Assembly: GCA_016748015.1 (NCBI GenBank)
Contig: JAAOMT010000295.1
Coordinates: 992,001 to 1,056,000 of the forward strand
Direction: 5' to 3'
DNA length: 64,000 bases
Source: Geosiphon pyriformis uo1
Lineage: Eukaryota; Fungi; Glomeromycota
The notes beneath the pieces are model-generated. The model had not been told where the DNA came from and searched no databases. It saw only the letters and a program-made list of their open reading frames with translations. Shown piece by piece: positions 1-11,471 of the stretch. The number at the start of each line of letters is the position of its first letter. Within the stretch, counting starts at the first letter, position 1. A program made the translations under genes and the position numbers.

Positions 1-1259
1 ATGTATCTTATAAGATTTGATCTAGTTTAACCAATTTTGGTTAGATTATAACAAAATTAGTTAAAAATGAATGTAAAGGTAAATGGCTATTGGCTTATAT
101 ATTTTTTTTGTGCATTTTATTAATTTTTTTTTAATTCTTGTGCAAAAATGGCAAGAAATACAACAACAAACAGTATTGTATTTTTGGAACCAAAAAATAT
201 GAATTGCAGCAGAAATACAGAAGCAAACAAATATATTACGTTCTACTATTTACAATATTCTTAAAAAACTCAAAAAAACTGGGGTGGTAAAGCATGCAGA
301 TAGAAATGGTCAGCCAAGAAAGATTAAAGAGGTTGCTTTGTGAGTATTACAATCATACATCAAATGGGATTCCTTAATTTTAATGAGAACTTTGACAACA
401 AAGTTGTCAAAAATAAATGTAAAGATATCCTATAGAACAATTGGGAGGCATTTAGCATTTCTTGATTACAAAAAAGACCTTCCTCGGGCCATCTTAATGC
501 TTATTGATAAACATAAAAAGAGGCATTTAGAATGAACTTATCAATACTTGAATAACAATTGGAATTGAACTGTTTTTACAGATGAAACAGCCTTTTGTTT
601 ATTCTGGAACACACTAAAGCATTGATATAGAGGTTTATGGTCCACTTATACCATTCCAAAAGATCAAACAAAAGTTTTTGCTTGGGGTAGTTTCTATAAA
701 GGAGGAAAGACAAGTTTATTTTGTTTTATTGAAATAATAGATAGTCATTTTTACATAGAAATTTTTTGTACTCACTTGCCTAAAATTAGAAGAATTTTTG
801 GGTATAGATGACAGTTCTAACAAGACAATAATCTGAAACACAAAAGCAAAGTTTCCCAAATCTTTATAGCTGTTAATATTAATAATATTCTTGACTGGTC
901 TGTCAATTCACCCAACTTGAACTCTATTGAAAACTTGTAGACTATTGTCAAGAATAAGGTAGAAAAGCAAATGCCTGAAAATTGTGATAGTTAATACAGT
1001 TTATGGAAAAAGAATGGTGAATGATTTCCAGATCTACTCTTATTAAGTTAGTAAGATCAATAAAACAGCATTGTAAAATGATGATTGTGAATAAAAGGAA
1101 AAGAATATTATATTAATTTTTTATTAATTTTTTATTAATTTTTTTTAATAAAATAATGTGCTTTTTATCTTTCTAATGATATATTTTTTGTAAAATTTGG
1201 TCTATTAATTAAAACACAATAATTAGTTTTTTGTGTCTAATTTTTTTTGTCCTACACTG
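1..1259 (+). mobile_element. Tc1/mariner (IS630-Tc1) DNA transposon, degenerate; left end lies outside the window
   Basis: Transposase remnant, then a Tc1-type right terminus ...CCTACACTG at 1259 followed by TA (1260-1261). Confidence 0.8.
148..1116 (+). pseudogene. Tc1-family DD34E transposase pseudogene
   Basis: Manual translation gives an HTH region (TIYNILKKLKKTG..GQPRK), VFTDET (first D), VFAWG, F*QDNNLKH (second D) and DWSVNSPNLNSIENL (E), with 34 residues between D and E. Many stops and frameshifts. Confidence 0.9.
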
Positions 1260-1261
1260 TA

Positions 1262-4044
1262 TGTATTAAATATTAAAATATATACTATATTAAACAAAAA
1301 TTTTGTATTTAAAAAATAATATTTAGAAGCTTTTTCTGTTTTTAAGAATATTAAAATTACTGTTAATAAAATAGTAAAATTTATATATAATTTAAGAATA
1401 GTTTATTATAAAAAAATTTAATTGATTTAATTTAAATATAAAATATTTATAAAAAAAAGTGAGTTGGTTTTTTGTGATAGCTCTATATATTCTATTTTTT
1501 TTGGTTTGTTATTTTTGTTTTTTAGTAATATTGTAAAAATCTTTAACATTCTAAAGATTTTAGTATTTGATTTGATTTGTATAAGTTTGTTTATTTTTTT
1601 TAAATATTAATAATATTATTAATATTAAAATAAACTTATAGTATTGTTTTAATTAACCCAAGTAACTGGTTATATGTAAACAATATATAATTTATATTTA
1701 GTTTAAATTATTTAATTAAATGTATTATATTAAGCTATATATAAGTTTTACTTGTAAAATAAAATAAAAAAACAATAATTTTGTGTATTTATTAAGTAAA
1801 TAAATAAAATAATTATTATTTAATTTAATATTTATTGGCTATTTATTTATTAATTAATAAGTAGTATTATTATTTTTTTGCTTTAATAAAATATAATTTA
1901 ATTATTATTTAATATAAAATAATATTAAATATTCAAAATTAAATAGAATTTCTATATTTTTTATATATAATTAACTATTTAAGTTAATTAAAACCAAACT
2001 ATAGTAAATTTATAAAAGAAAATTTGCTTAATACAATACATAAAAATAATTAAATTATAATTATTAAAAACCAAACTAATTAACTTTATAATAATCTTAT
2101 TTAATATTAAAAACCAAAAAAAATTTAAAAATTATTATTTTAACAAAATTTTTTTTATTAAAAAAAAAACTTAAATTATCAAATATGTTATTATCAAATA
2201 AATTATTTATATTTTACTTTATTTTAAAATCAATCATTATCTTGTTTAAATTATCAACAATTTTTTAAAAAATACCAATATTTTTTTAATTATAAAAATA
2301 ATTTTTTTTATTTTAATATTTAAAAAAAAACTTATAATTTTGTAATCAAAACAATTAAAAAACCAATAAATTTAATTATAATCTAACTGATAAAGTCAAA
2401 TTAATAAACTTAAATTTTAAAAAAACCAACTTAAAATTAATTAATAACAGAAACAAAAAAAACCAAAAAAATAAAAACTTTAACATAAAATTATATAATA
2501 GTAAAATAACTTTTAAAAATCTCGAAATTATTTACAAATTTAATAAAATCTTGAAAAAAAACAAAAATATTTTATAATTAAAAATCAATTAATCTTAATT
2601 TTAATTTTAAAATCAGAAATTTTTTATTAAATTCAATTTTTTTTGAAATATTAATTTTAATAATAATAATAATATATTAGATTTTTTTAAAAACCAAAAA
2701 TAACAATAACATATTTTAAATTTTAAACAAAACTAAAAATTAAAACATATTTAATTATTAATTTAAAAACTAATTTAAAAACAGTATTTATTAATTTGGT
2801 TTAATATTGTTTTTTACAAAAGCTAATTAGTAAATCAAAGTAATATTTAAGAATATTTAAAACTTAAAATAAATTACAATGTATTACTATTAATTATTAA
2901 ACTTTAATTTTATATTAAAAATTTTATTAAAAATACTTAAAGCATTTTTAATATTAATTATAATAATCTTTAAAAAAATATTATTATAAAAATAATAATA
3001 ACAAAAATTAAACCAGTTTTAAACTTTGTAAAAATAAAAATAACTTAACAAATTTAATTTAAAGAATAATATTTAAAAAAATTTAAAATACAAATTCTAT
3101 ATAAAAAGACCAAATATTGTTTTTAATAACTAATTTTAAATCAAAAAAACCATATAAATTAAAATATAAATATTAATATAAATTAATTTAATATTAAAAA
3201 TTTTATTTATTATTATTATTATATTTTAATAAATATAATTTAATTATTATTTATAATATATAAATAAATTAAATACTTATAACTAAATGTAATTTATGTA
3301 TTTGTTACATATGATTAGCTACTTAAACTAATTAAAACTATATTATATATTTATATAAATACTAATATTTTTACTTAAAAAAAATAAACACTTTTTATAT
3401 AAATTAAAATTAATAGCAAATATTTTATCAATACTTAATATATAAATTACAAAAATTGTAAAAAACAGTATTATTATTACCAATTAACTTATTTTTTTTA
3501 TTACAATTTTGTATTTTAACTTATATAACTAAACTTTTTTTCTATATATTACAATCAACAATTATATAAAAATAATCAAACATAATACAATTAGTTTGAT
3601 ATTTTTAAATACAAATACAGTTTTAATAAACTAATTTTTAAACACAAAATTTTTACAAAAAACAACATATAAAAAATTATCAAATAAATAAAAAAACAAA
3701 ATTTTAATATTATAGATAATAATAATAATATATTCACAGATAATTTTTAAAACTTAATTCAATTTAATAACAATTTTATATGTGCTTTAATATCTAATTT
3801 ATATGTAAAAATATTTTATATTCTTATAATAAAAATACATAACTTTAAGATATTATTTATTATATAAATGTTTTTAAATAAATACATAAATTACCTATAA
3901 ACTTATATATATAAAAATTAAGATATTAAATCATAAAAATATAATTTTAATTTATGTTTTTAATTATGTTTTTTAAAATTATATTAATATTTAATCTAGT
4001 TTTTTTATTAAATATAGCAAATTAACTAGTATATATTACAATTA
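1262..4044. other. Extremely AT-rich decayed TE-derived sequence, possibly an old Gypsy gag/protease fossil continuing after 28896
   Basis: Almost no G/C and no ORFs. The surviving Cs mostly follow a purine. Only faint resemblance to Gypsy motifs. Confidence 0.35.
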
Positions 4045-4193
4045 TAATTTAAAAAAAAATAGTAATCTTTTTTTTGTCAATTCTCTGACTACAATAAAAG
4101 TGAAATTTTATCAAAGTTTTAATTGGTCTTTTTTCCTTTCCCTCTTGTTTCTTTTCTAATTATTTTTTCCAACTTTTCTTCTTTTGTTCCTAT

Positions 4194-4892
4194 TGTTATG
4201 GTTAAAACTTATACTTCTTATTAATTATTACATGTATTAGCCACTAATGTCATATAAATTAGCTATTCTATTTTTAGTAAGTGATCATTGACCTAATTAT
4301 TAACCTAATCAATGATCTGATCATTGACCTGATCATTAATTTAGTCATTGATTTAATCATTGACCACTTTTGATAGCTATATAAGCAATGAATTTCTTAA
4401 CTATAGAAATATATGAAATAAAAGAAAAAAAGAAATAAAATAACAACTTCATTTCAATTCTTTTCTTATTGCTAATTTCCCTTTCCCTACTTTTAAGTAT
4501 CTGAACATCTTAAAGATAAAAGATTACTTGTTAGTTATTCCTTACTCTTTTCCTAAAATGTGTAATTGCAACATTTGAAGATTATTAAATAAAACATGAC
4601 TAAAGAGCACATTTGATACTTGATATTGAATTCTAAGAGCACTGATGTGAGACATAGAATTATACCAAGTGTGATTATTTGTTGATAGTACAGACTATCC
4701 TTCTACCTTCAGATTCCCCAGTTACCTTTTAAAAAGAATAGCGACTGAGATATTTTATGAGACTGATCTCACATATTGAATCCATACTTATTTAATTTGT
4801 TCTTTGAAGTTGAATTCCCTTTGATTATTTCCATCACCCTACAATCCTGTTCTTCTTTGCTATCCATTAACTTGTTACTCCAACCTGTAACA
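4194..4892 (+). repeat. 5' LTR of Gypsy A (699 bp)
   Basis: TGTTATGG...CCTGTAACA. Direct repeat of 21401-22135. Seven 12-bp tandem units, then TATATAA at 4378-4384. Confidence 0.95.
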
Positions 4893-4898
4893 TAAAAG

Positions 4899-4916
4899 TG
4901 GTGTTCTCTGTGAGAT
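4899..4916 (+). promoter_or_regulatory. Primer-binding site of Gypsy A
   Basis: TGGTGTTCTCTGTGAGAT lies 6 nt after the LTR and closely resembles the PBS of element B. Confidence 0.7.
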
Positions 4917-4945
4917 TGTCAAAATCCACTTTGTTTCCTATTTAT

Positions 4946-6498
4946 ATGGGTGATTATTCATATCTGCCATAACAATCAAAAGAATACTTTAAAGCACATA
5001 ACAAAAATAATCTAGATTTTATTGAACTTAATCCTTTGCCCTTCTGCTTGATTTGCTTCCCCATTAAAAAACAATCCAGTAGACAATTCCAAGACTTTTG
5101 AAACTGGTTCCTGAATGAGCATTCAGCTGAAACCTACACAACTTATATAACCTATTACTTTGACCAAGCTTATTTTGAAAACAACTTTGAAGAAAGAAAC
5201 AACAGTATCAATCAGCTCTTATATTCTACAATCTTTGAACAACAGCCCCCTGATTTCGAATATCTGAATCATCAAATTCACATTTGGATTGTTGCCCATC
5301 AATCAACAGAAACTTTTCTTGAAACAGAAAAAAAAAGCTATCAAACTGCTTCTGTTTTTGATCTCTTTTCAAGTGAATCAGAACACTCCACACAAACAGT
5401 TACACCTGAACCAATGGCTCAAGACCCTCTGCAACAAAACATTCTGATTGCCCTTCAAGGTATACAGACTGCTTTAGGACGAAGAAACAACACCCCATTA
5501 CTATTATTCAGAAGTAATACCCAAGATCCAATTAAATGGTTAGATGATTTTGAAAGAGCTGCCACAGCAAACCAATATGATAATGAATACAAGTTCCAAA
5601 TTGTTGGTGGCTACCTCCAAGACTCTTTTGCTACTTGGTTCTCACAAGAAACCAATGCCAATGCTCAACAAAAAATCATTAGATGGGCACCAGCAAATGT
5701 TAAAGAAGACAACACCTCTTTTACTATCTGGTTTGAAACTAAATTTAGAACTCCCATCTTAATCTCAAAATAGTGTATGGAATTAGAAAAAAAACTCAAG
5801 GCCCTAGTAAGATTGTAACAAAATATGCCAAAGCAATAAGAAAACTCATTAAATGAGTAGACTCTGGAAGAAATTAGACAAAAGAGCAGAAAATACATTT
5901 CTTTACAAAAAGACTGAGAACTGATCTATTATATGCTCTTTGGCCCCTCCTGGCCTTGAAAGATAATTCCACAATAAACATGGCCATTGAACTTGCTCAG
6001 AAAATAGAAGACAATCAAAGGATGCACTTAGGATCCATACTTCCAGTTTTTACTCCTGCTCTTATTATGGCTTCTGCTCCACAAATAGCTGCTATCTCTT
6101 TTGCTGCCTAAACTCAAAATCCAAATAAACATTTAATAGATAGGCTTACAGCTAATCTTGTCCAGCTATTAGAACTATTGGCCCAAGCAGTTAGAGAGAA
6201 TCAACAACTCCAAAGACTCAGATTTGAATCCTGTTTTAATCAGCCCCAACAACCATCATATCAAAGACAGCAAAATTGTGGCCCACTTGTGTGCTATTGT
6301 TGTGGACTAACTGGACACTTCTCAAAAGACTGCAACAATTCTCCATTGCCCCCTCTAGCTCCTAGAAACAATAACAATTAAAACAACAGAACCATTAACA
6401 ATAATGTTCCCAACCAAAGAACCAATCATGCCAACATCAATTTCTTTGAAAAAGATCCCTTAGTTGAAGCCACTGTTTATCAGTCTTTAAACTGGTAG
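4946..6498 (+). pseudogene. gag: Gypsy A gag (about 156-aa N-terminal extension, capsid domain, CCHC zinc knuckle)
   Basis: ATG at 4946 is in frame with ORF 5414 (DPIKWLDDFERAATANQY..YLQDSFATWF). Knuckle CYCCGLTGHFSKDC. Stop TAG at 6496-6498. Internal stops and one frameshift. Confidence 0.88.
6486..6492 (+). promoter_or_regulatory. -1 ribosomal frameshift slippery site T TTA AAC (gag/pol junction of A)
   Basis: Heptamer is in the correct gag phase with a stop two codons later. The -1 frame runs open into the protease ORF at 6582. Confidence 0.8.
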
Positions 6499-9177
6499 GT
6501 GCATCTCCAAAGGGTGAAAGTACAAGCCAACTAGAAGAAAACCTCTTTTATGTCTTTAATCTAACTAATGATGATCATAATATGAATGAATTAGCAATCA
6601 ACACCTCTGAATTAACCAGAAAAAAGAAGAAAGCCAAGATTGATTTCATCTTGGACCCAAACAAAGCATCTAAATCATCTGCTAATAACAATGAGCCACC
6701 AAAGACTAAGGTTTTTAAAAATCCTCCAAAGTTAGAACCCCCAGAAATTGTACAAAAATTTGGATTCTATTCTGTTGTCAAAAACCTTATGGAAACCCCT
6801 GCACACATTACATTTGACCAACTGATGACCCATCCACAGTTCAGAAAAAATCTTTGCAAATCATTGATACCAAAGAAGAAAACACCAAAGACCAACAAAC
6901 ACCCACATCAAGCTAGACTTGCTGACAACAGTAATGTTATCTTTCTCATTTGTAAAGCCCAAGTGGCTGGCTATTTTATTGACCTAATCCTAGACAGTAG
7001 ATCATCTGTTAGTGTTATTGCCAAACACTTTTTAGAAGCAATTGGCAGAAAGATTAATGAACCGTCCATAAAACTAATGACCAATATACATGGTAACAAG
7101 AAGAAAGGCCTGAACATAGCCAAAGTTATTCCTGTCCGCATCAATGGTATTAATATTGAAACAGATATAGAAATATCTAAAGCAAAAAAGTACACCATTA
7201 TTGTTGGTGATGAATGGCTTAAGAAAGCCAAAGCACTACTTGACTATGAACTTTGTGAGCTAATCATCAGATGTGGTAAGAAACTCATAGTGGTTAAATG
7301 CCAACATTGAACAACCCCTCCAGTACCCAAGCAGAACCAAGAAGAAAAACAATCAGATGAATCAGATAATGATAAGAGTGATGATAAAAAAAATCAAGAA
7401 GAACTAGAAGAAACTGCTGAAATCACTTATACCATCTTTACCAGCAATGGCAAGCCACTAGACAATGTTAAAGCTAACAAAGAAGGAATCATGATAAATG
7501 GCAAACTGATCTGCTAGCCCTACTATGATATCTTCAGAAGAACCTTTGACAGAAAACCTAGCAAAAAAACAAAATACAGTTATTGATGGCATGGTCCTTA
7601 TGCATGGTGCTGGTGTAATAAACCTTTGTATTCACCAAGTGATGAATGCAAATCCTGCCTAATCTACTACAAAGATTGGAAACCAATTAGCTTGATACCT
7701 TAAGAAGAACTTAAAAAAGTACAAAAGTCTTTTGAGAATAAATCACCTGAAATCCAATCACTAGTTGTAAAACAAAGAAAACCTTCCCCTAAAAAAAAAA
7801 ATGGACATTGAAAATCTGTTGGCTAGAAATAGCCCAGTTATCTCAAAAAAAGGTGATGTTCCTGGACAAACCCATATGATACAACACACTATTACCACCA
7901 AAGAAACTCATCTCATCTATTTAAAGCCTTATCAATTCAATCAATGCAATAATGAGTTTATCAAGAAAAAGATAAACCGGATGAAAGATCTTGGATTCAT
8001 ATAAGAAACCAAGAGTAAATGGGCTTTCCCAGTTGTAGTGGTATCCAAGAAAGGTGGAATCCTATGCTTCTGTGTTGACTACTGCCAATTAAATGTCATC
8101 ACTATAAGAGACATGTACCCACTTCCCAAAATTGATGCAATGCTAAATAAATTCAATAGTGCTGCTTTTTTCTCAACCATTAATTTAACTGCTAAATTCT
8201 GGCAAGTAGAAATAGATCCAGAAAGCAGAAAAAAAACTGCTTTTATTACCAAATATGACACCTATGAATTCACAGTTATGTCTTTTGGTTTCACCAATGC
8301 TCCTCCCACCTTTCAACACCTAATGAAAAAAGTGTTTGAATTAGTAAAAAAAAACTTTGTTCTGGTTTACTTAGATGACATAATGGTATATTCAAAAACC
8401 TGGAATGAATACCTTAGACATTTACAGAAGATTTTTGACCTGCTCAGAAATGCTGGTCTTAAGATCAACCCAATCAAATCTTTCTTTGAATGCCAATCCA
8501 ACCAATTTCTTGGTCATCTTGTTACAAAAAATGGAATCTTTTTTGACCCAACTAAAGTTGAAAAAGTTCAAAACATTAGACAACCAATGAATGTTCCTGA
8601 ACTATGCTCTTTCCTTGGTTTGGTCTCTTATTATCGCAAATTTATTAAGGATTTCTTTAAAATCGCCTTTTCTTTTAATCAGCTACTCAAGAAAAATGTC
8701 AATTATTACTGGAGCACTTATCAACAAAAAGCTTTTGAATTTTTGAAGGAAAAACTTGTTACTAAACCAATTCTTAAACAACCTGATCTGGACCAACTTT
8801 TTATTCTCCACACTAATGCATCTGGTTATAAACTTGGTGCTGTCTTTTCACAGAAAGATGAAAATGGCAGAGAACATGCCATAGCATATGCCAGTAGATT
8901 TTTCACACCAGCTGAAAAGAATTATTCAGTTACTGAACAAGAATGTCTAGTAGTAGTTTAGGCTACTAACTACTGGGATCAATATTTTTTTGGTGCAAAA
9001 TTCTTAGTAGTAACAGATTATTAAGTCTTGGTTTGGCTGCACAAGAAAAAGAAGCTGGAACACAAACAAATAACTCACTGGATACTCCACTTGGATAAAT
9101 TCGACTATGATATTCAACATTGCAAAGGAGCAAATCATCAAAATGCTAATGCTCTATCTAAACTTACCATCCAGTGA
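6486..9177 (+). pseudogene. pol: Gypsy A pol: aspartic protease, Cys/His/Trp-rich insert, reverse transcriptase, RNase H
   Basis: LILDSRSSVSVI (from DSG), VDYCQLN, MSFGFTNAP, VYLDDI, HTNAS..LGAV, NYSVTEQECL, NANALS. Several premature stops. Confidence 0.93.
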
Positions 9178-9241
9178 CAGTACAATCTCTCAAACCAAAC
9201 CAACTTAATTATTAGTAACCCCTTCACAAACAAACACAATA

Positions 9242-9897
9242 ATGGACTTGGACAACTACTCTGCTTAATGGAATTTTTGGGTAAAGGACAATACCCACCA
9301 AAATACACTCGACAGCAAAGAGAACATTTGCGCAAACAATTAAATTTCTATTTGATCTGCCAGAACCAATTATACAAAAAAAACAGAAAAGATCCTGACC
9401 ACTCCCAAAAAGTCATCAGATTTGAAAAAAGAGAAATTGTAATATACAACATGTACACTGACCTATTAGCTGGACACTTTGAAAAAACAAAGACAATTCA
9501 AAAAACTTTAGCTCACTATTATTGGTCTATCTTGGGAAAAGACATTGCTAAATACATTAAAACCTGTGATATCTGCCAAAGAAGAAGCAAACCCAATTAC
9601 AAAGAAGATATCCATCCAATCTCTGTTGGTCAACTATTTGACAGAATTGATATAGATGCTGTTGGACTTTTAACAATCACTCCTAATGGCAACAGATATA
9701 TTATTACAGCTATTAACTATCTTACAAAGTGGGTAGAAACAAGAGCCACTCCAGACCAAACAGCAGTCTTAATAGCCAATTTCATTTATGAAGATATCAT
9801 TTGTTGTTATAACTGCCCCAAAGAACTTTTATCTGATAAAGAAAGAGTTTTTCTCAGTACATTAGTTAAAGAACTCTGTAGAAAAATGAGAATACAC
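9242..9897 (+). pseudogene. Gypsy A integrase, N-terminal part (HHCC and first two catalytic D), cut by element B
   Basis: LAGHF..YYW..TCDICQ, IDIDAVG, LLSDK. The sequence resumes at 20078. Confidence 0.92.
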
Positions 9898-10774
9898 TGT
9901 TACAGGTGATTATTTCTGCTATTAAATTGAATAACAAACTCATAACTTGGTGCTTAAAAGCTACTTCCATGGATAAGATTCTGCAAGTTTTGTATCTGAA
10001 GGTTTTGATGGAGTCTTTTGTATAATGGACAGAAATTCAATAGTGTCGATAGTAGATGTATCTTTCCAAGAGTTTTCCCAATTTCTTTCTCAGCATGGTG
10101 GCCAAATTTAGTCTGGCAGTCATGCCCTTCTGGTAAGCTATCTGATAATATATAAAATCCTACTCTTATTTTTGGGTCTTTTACCAGGCTATCCTTGACG
10201 TCAATAACTCAGTGCTTAATTTTTTTAATCAATTAGTATACAACAACAAAATCAAAAGAAAGAAAATAAAATAAAGAAAATAAAATAAAGAAAATAGAGA
10301 AAATAAGCCAAGGCAATTTGGTATGTTAGTATCTCATCAATAGCCGTGATCAAGAGCTATTGTTCCAGTGTAGTTAAGTATCAATTACTATCAACATGAA
10401 GTATTGATAGTAGAGAGTAAGTTGAGATATGTAATAATTATTTATTTGATGATTAGAAACTGGAATGTTGTTTAGATTAAATCTAAACTGGGAGGTCTGT
10501 CTTTTTAGCTTCTAATTCTGCTGCTATATATACATAATTGAGATTCCTCGATTCTTCACAACAGGAATCCTGGAATTCCTGGAATTTTGCGATTTCTTTG
10601 AGAGGAATTCTGGAATTCTGGAATCTTGCAATTTCTTATCGGGGAATCCTGAAATTCCTGAAATCTTGCAATTCCTAAGAGGAATCCTGGAATTCCACAT
10701 TTATTATGCCTACTTCTAATTGGCTAATATCTACTGACTAATAATACTATATTTTCTATATTCTATGAATAACA
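9898..10774 (-). repeat. 3' LTR of Gypsy B (877 bp)
   Basis: Direct repeat of 19212-20073. Contains a GGAATTCC/GGAATCCT tandem array at about 10540-10700. Confidence 0.95.
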
Positions 10775-10789
10775 TTATTCCCTTCTTTT
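10775..10789 (-). promoter_or_regulatory. Polypurine tract of Gypsy B
   Basis: AAAAGAAGGGAATAA on the minus strand, directly before the 3' LTR. Confidence 0.8.
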
Positions 10790-11417
10790 AATATTGAGCT
10801 CCGTCGAAATCCAACTTGTTTAATTCCCCCTCTTGAAGTATTTCCTGGATTTCATCTTCAAGAATTACTTGTGTTATTTGGGTCTGTAATTCTTCAAATT
10901 GAGCATTGGTGATTTTTCCCAATAGATTACTGGTAACCATATCCATTGCTTTGTTGAGTAATATTTCTGGTCTATCCTGAAATGCTGTGTGTATTTGGTA
11001 GATGGCTCAGGCCTGTATAGATAAGTTGTTCTTTCCCACAAAATGTTCTAATTGTTGTAGTATTTTTTTGTCGAATAATCGCTTTGTTTTATCCATATAT
11101 AGATTCTGAATATTTATGTGTTGTCCCAAGTAAAAATAACAATAGTTTCTTGGAAATTGTTGTATTTACCAATTCCAAGTTTTTTTAGTCAACTCTTGAT
11201 ATAGTGCCTTTTTTGTCGACTTTCTTATTGCTAATTTTACTTTCACAATGATTTTGTCTACCGTATTTTCAGTTTTCTTTTGTGTTCTGGGTTGCAATAT
11301 CTTTCTAGTATCTTGATATCGAATGGTTTGTTGATTGATTGTAATCTCCATTTCCTGGTGTTGGATCAACTGAAAGAGTTGTTGTGCTGGTAAGTGAATG
11401 TTGTCTGTAATTTCCAT
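10788..11417 (-). pseudogene. Gypsy B extra ORF in the env position (about 209 aa, unknown function, two internal stops)
   Basis: ORF 11166-11417 continues in frame through YFYLGQH..QA*AIYQI..LLGKITNAQFEEL..LDFDGAQY* and ends at the PPT. Confidence 0.7.
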
Positions 11418-11471
11418 TTTTCTGATATTTCCTGTTGCATCTACTGTGTCTTTATATATTCTTTTGCTAAA

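Noticed and set aside
4281-4365. Regular 12-bp repeats, and the 9-10-bp repeats at 10540-10700, as a CRISPR-like array
   Set aside because: No unique spacers. They are head-to-tail minisatellites inside LTRs of a eukaryotic genome.
6475-6512. 38-nt GT..AG segment as an intron joining gag and pol
   Set aside because: It is very short and lacks a branch point or pyrimidine tract. The in-phase UUUAAAC plus stop explains the junction better.
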